Positions 37,409 through 44,246 of a stretch of 64,000 nt of DNA are shown here, one piece after another; position 1 is the stretch's first letter, and the number at the start of each line of letters is the position of its first letter. The stretch is taken from NCBI GenBank assembly GCA_946408355.1, contig CAMJRX010000005.1, positions 11,568-75,567 of the forward strand, read 5' to 3'. Under the pieces are notes generated by a model. It was not told where the DNA came from and did not search any database. It was given only the letters and a program-made list of their open reading frames with translations. Source of the stretch: an uncultured Selenomonadales bacterium (GTDB taxonomy: Bacteria > Bacillota > Negativicutes > Selenomonadales > Selenomonadaceae). Both the position numbers and the translations under genes were made by a program.

Positions 37409-40405
37409 TTAATTAGGAAACTTTTTTGTATAAATTTTCCCGTCAAAGTCTTCGCTCTCAAAATCTTCCGCTCTTCCAACCGCATATTCGATTTCATCGG
37501 GCGAAATTTTCCTTATATATACAGAAATATCCCTGTCGCGGCTGACTTCAGCCTTGTCGAGGCTACAACGAACTACGTTTACTTCATTTCTTTTTAAATT
37601 TCCGCTAATCGCTACTGCCTCTTCCGTAAAATAAATCTCAAACTTCCGCGCATTGGCATAAGTAAACCTCGTCCACTGATTATACGGTATGTCAAGCTTA
37701 ATTTTGACTTGAAAACAGTCGTTAGCGTCAATTTGCCCCAAATAAAACTTAAACGGAGCTTCTTCTTCCGCGCCACCGATAATTTCAACATCACTGCCGC
37801 CCTCGCGACTGCGCAAAAGCCCAAATGCTACTCCAGTTTTGCCCGTGCGAAGTCTTTCGTAGTTTTGATTCGTTTCTTGCTCGGTTTCGTCGGCGTCATG
37901 TACTTCTGCGGCTCTTTTTTCTGCCTCGTCGGGATCAAATCCAAGAGGCATGTGCAATACAAAAATATTTGAGACGTTTTTATCCTCTCCGGTGTTGCGC
38001 GAAATGATTTCCTCAAGTTTTTGTTCGTTCTCACGGATTTTTTCCTCAAAAAGATTCCGCACGATTGTAGATTTACAAGAATTGCCCGCTAAAAGAATGT
38101 GAATCGGTAAAACTTCAGGCTTTTTAAACGCGCCAAGCAAAGCCTCAAAGAAATTATCGACGCCACGACGAATTCTTTCTTTTAAACACTCTTCAAGCCG
38201 TTGTCTGTTCAATTTTAACTCGACAGGAATAATTTTGTCTTCCGTTTGAGAATAAAGCTTTAATTTTTGCGGCGTATCAAAAAGTTCGTTGCTCTCTTCG
38301 ATATTTTCTTCCCAAAACGGTCTCAAAAGCTCCGCAATACGTTTTCTATTGACATAAGCCTCTTTTGTCTTGAGAATTATCGTTTGTGCACCGTCGACAG
38401 CAATACATTCATAAGGCAACGCAAAGGGAATTTGTTTTTCGCGCATAGTCGACAGATTATTTTTATAAACTTCGTAAGCGATAAGGTTTAAAAGGTTTTC
38501 GCCGCCTAAATATGGGTCGCCGCGTCCAGTATTTGTATATTGTTCTATCACAAACTTGGAAAATCCGTCTACAGGAACACTTTCGACGCCAAAATCAAAA
38601 TCAGTGGTGCCTCCGCCGAAATCGAACACCGCATAAGCAGTTTTTTCGCCAGCTTTAGGTTGTAATTTCAATTCGCCAAGCGCACAACTCGCATAAGCAG
38701 CCGGTTCACTCGCTCCAGCGTAAATAATAAAGTCTTCCATTAACTCTTCGTCGTTTAAAATCGAGGGAGGTAGCGATTTTTTAATTCCGCGCTCAAAACT
38801 TTGCAGAATTTTTTCGCGAACAGCCTTTTCATACGTCACCGGAAACGAAAACATATACTCAAGGCAAATTCCATTGTGCATATTGTTAATATAAAGCCCT
38901 AAATAATAAGCGTAAAGCTCAATCGGGTCAAAATCATCATCTTCAAGTTGCAAATACGGATTAAGCTCAACTAAATTCTTTTTTCTGTCCTGCAAATACA
39001 TGCGCAAATCTTTATCGTTAGCCCATTGTTTTAATTCGCCGAATACCGAATAAAAAACCGAACTATCTATGCTGGTATCCTTTTCCGCGTCATTTAAAAC
39101 TGCGGCGGCGGTGTGCGAAAACGTTGCATCGTCCCATTGCGTGAAAGGTCGACCGTCACGAGATAAATATGCCGCCTTAAATGATTCATAATCGCGCAAT
39201 TCTATGACTGTCGGGTTCTCATAATCTTTTTTTTCGGGTGCTTTGGCATAATTGCCCTCGCCAATTCGCAAAAGTTTTTCGTCAGTGCCAACTTGACGCA
39301 CTACAACCGTTGCTTTCGTGCCAAAATCAATCGCAACTATGCCGTCGGTAACGTCCATTTGCGGAGGACGTCCAAAAAATGGCTCGTTTTCCGGTAATTC
39401 TATAATTTCTGCGTCTTGTGGCGGTTCCTCGAAAAGTTCCCAATGTCCGATTTTCGGATCTGTCAAAATTTTAACGTCGTAAGGATGAATATTCGCCCGA
39501 ATGTAATCGCATTGACAAAGCTCCTCGCGAACTTGATTAATCGGATTTTGTACGTCATCTTTTTTGGCTTTAACGTTCGGCAAATCATTTTTACTTTTGC
39601 CAAAACCTTTTGCGACAAGATTTTCAAAATCAATTATGCCGCGTTCAGCCTCGCGATTAAATAAATTAAAATCAAGCGTCAACTTCCGCGTAATCATTCG
39701 CACGTAGCGTTGAATATGCGGGAAAATGTTCATCAAAAAAATATAAGCCTTCTTAGCTTGCGGCGATAAACCTTCAGGAACCAATTCATTCGTCAGCCAA
39801 GCATTTACTGTTTTGCCGTATTGCGCGTTTGTAGAATTTACTCCGGTCAATCTGAAAATCGGCACCATTGTAATTTTGTCGGAGTCCGAATAAATATTTA
39901 TTTGCCCGCTGGAGGTTACACAATAAGATTTACTGCCTTTCCAACCCGAAACTAAAATAATTTTCTTGAGGGCCGTAGGAAAATATTTAAAATTGCCGTC
40001 CTCGTCCAAATATGGATTTTCCATACCGACGATAAAACTTTTCAAGCATTCTTCAGGCGTCATGGGCGTAAAAGTAAAGCCTTCAAACGACCAACCCGAA
40101 TAATTGTAAAGCGGACGACCAACCGTCGCAAAACTCGGAAGTTCAACCGCCTCGAAACGCGGAAAAATACCACCTGTCGCTCTGTCGAACCAAACTTTTT
40201 TATTTTCCATCATCACGTAAGGCGCATCTTTGAATTTTTCAAGCTCGTCGATTGCAAACGTAACGTAAGCTTCAAATTCGTCCAGAGAAATGCTTTTTTT
40301 CGCAGAAGTTTTTGGCGTGCTGTCAATATTTTTTAAATTGCCCCGCAAAGCTACTTCATAACAAGGGCACGTGCGGTCTTTTGCTCTAGTGTCTATTATT
40401 CCCAT
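37409..40405 (-). CDS. Operon gene A: giant Hsp70/actin-fold (DnaK-like NBD) ATPase with novel N- and C-terminal regions
   Basis: DGIVAIDFGTKATVV (phosphate-1, about 39318-39347). AVFDFGGGTTDFDF (phosphate-2, about 38603-38632). HILLAGNSCKSTIV (adenosine motif). ATG 40405 follows AAGGAGAG; the track start at 40453 lacks an SD. Confidence 0.8.
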   Translation of the reverse strand: MGIIDTRAKDRTCPCYEVALRGNLKNIDSTPKTSAKKSISLDEFEAYVTFAIDELEKFKDAPYVMMENKKVWFDRATGGIFPRFEAVELPSFATVGRPLYNYSGWSFEGFTFTPMTPEECLKSFIVGMENPYLDEDGNFKYFPTALKKIILVSGWKGSKSYCVTSSGQINIYSDSDKITMVPIFRLTGVNSTNAQYGKTVNAWLTNELVPEGLSPQAKKAYIFLMNIFPHIQRYVRMITRKLTLDFNLFNREAERGIIDFENLVAKGFGKSKNDLPNVKAKKDDVQNPINQVREELCQCDYIRANIHPYDVKILTDPKIGHWELFEEPPQDAEIIELPENEPFFGRPPQMDVTDGIVAIDFGTKATVVVRQVGTDEKLLRIGEGNYAKAPEKKDYENPTVIELRDYESFKAAYLSRDGRPFTQWDDATFSHTAAAVLNDAEKDTSIDSSVFYSVFGELKQWANDKDLRMYLQDRKKNLVELNPYLQLEDDDFDPIELYAYYLGLYINNMHNGICLEYMFSFPVTYEKAVREKILQSFERGIKKSLPPSILNDEELMEDFIIYAGASEPAAYASCALGELKLQPKAGEKTAYAVFDFGGGTTDFDFGVESVPVDGFSKFVIEQYTNTGRGDPYLGGENLLNLIAYEVYKNNLSTMREKQIPFALPYECIAVDGAQTIILKTKEAYVNRKRIAELLRPFWEENIEESNELFDTPQKLKLYSQTEDKIIPVELKLNRQRLEECLKERIRRGVDNFFEALLGAFKKPEVLPIHILLAGNSCKSTIVRNLFEEKIRENEQKLEEIISRNTGEDKNVSNIFVLHMPLGFDPDEAEKRAAEVHDADETEQETNQNYERLRTGKTGVAFGLLRSREGGSDVEIIGGAEEEAPFKFYLGQIDANDCFQVKIKLDIPYNQWTRFTYANARKFEIYFTEEAVAISGNLKRNEVNVVRCSLDKAEVSRDRDISVYIRKISPDEIEYAVGRAEDFESEDFDGKIYTKKFPN

Positions 40406-40442
40406 TAAATTCTCTCCTTTATAATGAATTTTCTCGAAACAA

Positions 40443-40471
40443 AGTATACGCAAATACTATCCATAAGTCAA
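40443..40471 (-). promoter_or_regulatory. Promoter of the seven-gene operon
   Basis: On the minus strand: TTGACT (40471-40466), a 17-nt spacer, TATACT (40448-40443). Confidence 0.5.
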
Positions 40472-40487
40472 TCGAAGAATTTTTGCC

Positions 40488-40516
40488 TTGACGCTGTGCA
40501 AGTCGATTAATATAAT
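40488..40516 (+). promoter_or_regulatory. Divergent promoter of the TPR gene
   Basis: TTGACG (40488-40493), a 17-nt spacer, TATAAT (40511-40516). Confidence 0.55.
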
Positions 40517-40546
40517 TAAACAAGAAATTTTTAGGAGGGCGGGCTT

Positions 40547-42046
40547 ATGAGGTGGAAAAAATTTTTTCAACGCGGCTTAATTATCATTTCAGCCGTATTT
40601 TTTTTGCTCGGTGCTAGTTTTGTCGGCGCAGCTGTCCAAATTTTCGACGGAAGCGGTCAATATATCATGAGCGACGACGGTAATCACGAATTCGGCAAAA
40701 AAAGAGCGCAACAACGCGCCGAACGCGACGCACAAAAGAAAGCTGGCATTTATTTAACAACTTTTTCGCGTTCAGTCAACGCAATTCTAACCGATGACGA
40801 AATTTCTGCCGTCACGAATAATATTATTAAAGTTTCTGACGTAAAAATTGTTCCGGTGCCATTTGAGACGCAGGGCGAAGCCGGTCTCATGTACAAAGCC
40901 ACTTTAAAGGCGACAATCGACACTGACGGGATTTTTTCTTGGATAAATCGCAACGACAACGAAAAAATTACTATCATTAAACAAAATAATAATTTGCAAG
41001 CAGAAATTCAAAAAAATGACGCCCTCGACGAGAATTTAAAGGAAAAATACAAGGGCGCAACCACTCAAGCGGAGAAAAATACCCTTCGCAAGCAAATGGA
41101 AGAATCAGACCGCGATTTTTTAGCTAATCAGAAACTCGAAGAGGGAAATAAACTTTATTACGCCAAAAATTATGACGGCGCGGCAAAATTTTATGGTGAA
41201 GCTCTCGGATTAAAGCCGAATTGGGATTGGGCGTACAATAATCGCGGTGCCGCTTATAACGAAATCGGAAAATATCAGCTGGCAATTCAAGATTTAAATA
41301 AAGCAATCGAATTAAATCCGAATAATTCGGAGGTTTATAATAATCTCGGAAATTCTTATCTCTATTTGCAACAATATCAGCAGGCAATTTCTTACTACAA
41401 CAAGGCAATTCAGCTAAATTCTAACGATTCAAAGCTTTATAATAATCGTGGCGAGGCTTATCGTTACTTAAATCAATTCGATTCGGCAATTTCTGATTAC
41501 AATAATGCGCTTAAAATTAATCCGAATTTTGCAGAGGCGTATAATAATCGCGGAGTTGCTTACATGGACGGTTTTAAACAGTATGATAGGGCAATTTCCG
41601 ATTATAACAAGGCGATTCAACTAAATTCTAATTACGCCGAAGCTTATTACAATCGTGGAAATGCTTATATTAACCAAAATCAATTAGATTCGGCGATTTC
41701 TGATTACAATAATGCGCTTAAACTCAATCCGAATTTTTATCAAGCCTATTATAATCTCGGAATTATTTACTACAACCAGAAAAAATACGAATTAGCGATT
41801 CAAAATTACTCTAAAGCCATTGAATTTAATCCGAATTTTTTCGCGGCGTATCTAAATCGCGGACTTAATTACGCTTTGACTGGAAATTTGCAATATGCGA
41901 TTGCCGACGCGAACAAAGCCATTCAACTTAATCCGAATTCTGGCGAAAGTTATTATTTGCGTGGAGTCTTTTATCAGGAACTCGGCGACATGCAAAAAGC
42001 TCAAGACGATTTCGCAAAAGCTAAACAGCTTGGCTACAACGGTTGA
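40547..42046 (+). CDS. Secreted or lipoprotein-like TPR-repeat protein
   Basis: N-terminal signal-like hydrophobic segment. At least 8 consecutive TPR units (..AYNNRG.AY......AI.DYNKAI.LNPN..). Confidence 0.8.
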   Translation: MRWKKFFQRGLIIISAVFFLLGASFVGAAVQIFDGSGQYIMSDDGNHEFGKKRAQQRAERDAQKKAGIYLTTFSRSVNAILTDDEISAVTNNIIKVSDVKIVPVPFETQGEAGLMYKATLKATIDTDGIFSWINRNDNEKITIIKQNNNLQAEIQKNDALDENLKEKYKGATTQAEKNTLRKQMEESDRDFLANQKLEEGNKLYYAKNYDGAAKFYGEALGLKPNWDWAYNNRGAAYNEIGKYQLAIQDLNKAIELNPNNSEVYNNLGNSYLYLQQYQQAISYYNKAIQLNSNDSKLYNNRGEAYRYLNQFDSAISDYNNALKINPNFAEAYNNRGVAYMDGFKQYDRAISDYNKAIQLNSNYAEAYYNRGNAYINQNQLDSAISDYNNALKLNPNFYQAYYNLGIIYYNQKKYELAIQNYSKAIEFNPNFFAAYLNRGLNYALTGNLQYAIADANKAIQLNPNSGESYYLRGVFYQELGDMQKAQDDFAKAKQLGYNG

Positions 42047-42186
42047 CAGCGAAAATCCAGTATAGCGGATTTTTGCAATCAGAATGTTAAAATTACCCCA
42101 AAAAATAAGGGGTTTTTTTGTACCTCCAACAAACCCGCATAATGACGCCATTTTTTGAAGTGTAAAAATCTCTTTTATGAGATTTT

Positions 42187-42410
42187 CCGTTTTGGACTTC
42201 AAAAACGCCACTCAAACCCCTTTTCAAGCTCCAAAATCACTTTCAAACAAAAATTTTAGCCTTTGCAGTCGATTTCAAGACTTCAAAGCCGTTTCAAATA
42301 AAAATTTCAACCTACGAAGTTGATTTCAAAACTTCAAACACGTTTCAAACAAAAATTTTGCTCGCGTAGTCGATTTCAAGGCTCCAAAACCGTTTCAAGC
42401 AACAAAAAAA
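42187..42410. repeat. Non-coding tandem array: about 4.5 copies of a roughly 50-bp unit rich in TTTCAA
   Basis: Unit starts at about 42218, 42268, 42319 and 42369 (periods 50-51 bp). Consensus is roughly gtcgatttcaag(a/g)cttcaaa(g/a)ccgtttcaaacaaaaatttt plus 9-11 variable nt. Confidence 0.8.
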
Positions 42411-42432
42411 TCCTCCGCACATCGCAGAGGAT
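42403..42432 (-). terminator. Rho-independent terminator after the 42444-43322 gene
   Basis: On the minus strand, AUCCUCUGC-GAUGU-GCGGAGGAU forms a 9-bp stem and is followed by seven U. Confidence 0.7.
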
Positions 42433-42443
42433 TAATTTTTTTA

Positions 42444-43322
42444 TTACAGCAGACGATTTCCATTGTCGAAGTCGTATAAACTTTCCGCCTCGTCGATTAT
42501 TTCTTCTAATTCAGCCCGCGCAGAATATTTTTTCATGTTGCGCCAGAAATTTTCCCTGTGAACCACTACCGAACGTATGAATGCCGCCGCATAATCAGAA
42601 AAAATTCCTTTCGCGTCGAATAATCGCCAAAAATTTGCTACGTTTTCTTCTGTTGCAATGTCATATTCGATTCGGTGTAAAATTCTCGATAATTCTGCGC
42701 GGATTTCGGGTGTGAACATCGATTTTAACAGCGCGAGTTCCGGCATCGACCGTGACGCACGCACTAACCAGAATTCCGTTTGTAAATCGTCGTCAAAATT
42801 GTCGAATCCGCAATTTATCAGTCGCTCAAGCAATTCCGGCGGCGAATTTTTTTTCAACGGCAAAACTTGCACTTCTTTATAAAAAGAGGCGTATAAAAGT
42901 CGCTCAAATTCCGTTCGCGTGTACAATCTCGACACTATTCCGCCAAATGCCCCGCGCATTAGCCGTTCTAATATTTTCCAGTGCCGGATATTTCTAAAAC
43001 TCGTCAGCCAACAGCCCGTTTGCTTTAAAAATGTCGAAAATCCCGCCGCAATGTCTTGAGGATTCGTTACGACTTCCAAAGTTAAATCGCCGATTATTAA
43101 ATCGAAAAATTCTTTCGGAAATGGCAAGCATTCCTCGCGATAATCCAAATAAATTGTGTTCGGATATTTTAAATCTTCGTTTGAAGTTACAAAAAAAATT
43201 TCAGACGCCGGAAATTTCTCGCGCAACGGCTCAATGTACGCAAAACTTTCCACAACCAATATTTTCTCGAAAAAATCTTCTCCTGATATAAATTCTGTTA
43301 AACTAGGCTTAATTTCTTCCAT
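42444..43322 (-). CDS. Hypothetical protein (possible degenerate methyltransferase-like fold)
   Basis: ATG 43322 lies 6 nt after AGGAGA. FDLIIGDLTLEVV is reminiscent of post-motif-II methyltransferase regions, but I saw no GxGxG. Confidence 0.5.
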   Translation of the reverse strand: MEEIKPSLTEFISGEDFFEKILVVESFAYIEPLREKFPASEIFFVTSNEDLKYPNTIYLDYREECLPFPKEFFDLIIGDLTLEVVTNPQDIAAGFSTFLKQTGCWLTSFRNIRHWKILERLMRGAFGGIVSRLYTRTEFERLLYASFYKEVQVLPLKKNSPPELLERLINCGFDNFDDDLQTEFWLVRASRSMPELALLKSMFTPEIRAELSRILHRIEYDIATEENVANFWRLFDAKGIFSDYAAAFIRSVVVHRENFWRNMKKYSARAELEEIIDEAESLYDFDNGNRLL

Positions 43323-43353
43323 AAATTTTTCTCCTATCATTAATTTTTAATTG

Positions 43354-43381
43354 AAAAACCCTTCGACTCGCCGCCGAAGGG
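43354..43381 (-). terminator. Terminator after brnA (copy 1 of the repeated terminator module)
   Basis: On the minus strand, CCCUUCG-GCGGCGAGU-CGAAGGG followed by a U-run. Confidence 0.65.
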
Positions 43382-43387
43382 CTTTTT

Positions 43388-43576
43388 TTAACTTGCTACG
43401 TTCTGTTTTTGTTTACGGAGCCGCGCTGGTCTAAATTTTGATAATTCTTCCTTTGTCATGCGCGGTATATCGCTAAAATCTATGTCGTCGTCGGATTTTG
43501 GCTTATTTTCTTCTAACCTGCGAATTTGTTCTTCTGTCAACGGCGGCATTCCCTTATAAATTCGGATACTGCCCAT
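43388..43576 (-). CDS. brnA: BrnA-family antitoxin
   Basis: DDDIDFSDIPRMTKEEL..F is typical of BrnA. ATG 43576 lies 8 nt after GAGGAGGA. It overlaps the end of brnT. Confidence 0.75.
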   Translation of the reverse strand: MGSIRIYKGMPPLTEEQIRRLEENKPKSDDDIDFSDIPRMTKEELSKFRPARLRKQKQNVAS

Positions 43577-43856
43577 AATATTCGTCCTCCTCTTCTTTAG
43601 TCGCATATCGCGCTGATATTATTCGATACTTTTCAACTCGTTCTGTGTATATTACTGCCAAAATATTTTTAACTTTACCTATTACTTTCCAACGTTCCTC
43701 GTAATCGCTGTGAATTTCATCATAATTTTCTATTCTGTAATCGTCAAGAAAGATATATGCGGCATCTTCAAAATAAATCTTATGTTTTTTCCAATTTAAC
43801 TCGGCTTTGTTGTCGTCCCACTCAACTATATACTCGCCAACTTCTATTTCCCCCAT
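43554..43856 (-). CDS. brnT: BrnT-family toxin (DUF497 ribonuclease)
   Basis: EWDDNKAELNWKKHKIYFEDAAYIFLD...RIISARYATKEE matches the BrnT signature (FEWD..KA..N..KHG..FE.A..VF.D ... IISAR.A...E). Confidence 0.8.
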   Translation of the reverse strand: MGEIEVGEYIVEWDDNKAELNWKKHKIYFEDAAYIFLDDYRIENYDEIHSDYEERWKVIGKVKNILAVIYTERVEKYRIISARYATKEEEDEYYGQYPNL

Positions 43857-43875
43857 AAAATCATCTCCGAACGCG

Positions 43876-43904
43876 ATTTTAGCAAAAAAATTTCATTCAG
43901 TCAA
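43876..43904 (-). promoter_or_regulatory. brnTA promoter (copy 1 of the repeated promoter module)
   Basis: On the minus strand: TTGACT (43904-43899), a 17-nt spacer, TAAAAT (43881-43876), with an extended -10 TGC. Confidence 0.55.
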
Positions 43905-43907
43905 CGA

Positions 43908-43935
43908 AAAAACCCTCCGACGCGCCGCCGAAGGG
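43908..43935 (-). terminator. Terminator after the GG-leader peptide gene (copy 2 of the terminator module)
   Basis: On the minus strand, CCCUUCG-GCGGCGCGU-CGGAGGG followed by a U-run. It is near-identical to the hairpin at 43354-43381. Confidence 0.65.
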
Positions 43936-43965
43936 CTTTTTGGTTGCTTGCGTTGAAATATTTTT

Positions 43966-44145
43966 TTATTTTCCAATCTCGAATTTGAATAATTTATTAG
44001 GATGAAACTCAGTACCTATACCTGATATACTGTCAAAATCCACAAGTTTCCCAGTTTTTCCGCCCGTAACCTTTTCGAGTTCCTCGTCGCTCAATTTTTC
44101 GAGTTCAGCATTGATTTTCTTGATGTTTTCTTCGCGTGTTTCCAT
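43966..44145 (-). CDS. Double-glycine-leader peptide precursor (bacteriocin or signalling-peptide-like), 59 aa
   Basis: METREENIKKINAELEKLSDEELEKVTGG | KTGKLVDFDSISGIGTEFHPNKLFKFEIGK. LSDEELEKVTGG fits the LSxxELxxIxGG leader consensus. ATG 44145 lies 9 nt after GGAG. The longer track ORF starts at a TTG inside the promoter -35 box. Confidence 0.6.
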   Translation of the reverse strand: METREENIKKINAELEKLSDEELEKVTGGKTGKLVDFDSISGIGTEFHPNKLFKFEIGK

Positions 44146-44206
44146 TTCTATCATCTCCAAATTGTTTTCTGTAGATTTATACGCAAGAATTACGATTTCG
44201 TTACAT

Positions 44207-44235
44207 ACTTTAGCAAAAAATTTTTCTTCCGTCAA
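44207..44235 (-). promoter_or_regulatory. Promoter of the GG-leader peptide gene (copy 2 of the promoter module)
   Basis: On the minus strand: TTGACG (44235-44230), a 17-nt spacer, TAAAGT (44212-44207). Confidence 0.5.
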
Positions 44236-44246
44236 CGAATTGCGAT

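Noticed and set aside
40547-42046. Nucleotide-level repeats within the TPR gene as a separate repeat element
   Set aside because: The repeats are explained by consecutive TPR units of one protein-coding gene.
42187-42410. Possible CRISPR array
   Set aside because: The conserved part of each roughly 50-bp unit is about 40 bp and the variable part is only 9-11 bp. The repeats are degenerate rather than near-identical. No cas genes are in the window.
41852-42580. ORFs 41852-42211 (-) and 42320-42580 (+) across the repeat array and terminators
   Set aside because: They run through tandem repeats and hairpin terminators, overlap the ends of real genes, and have no ribosome-binding sites.
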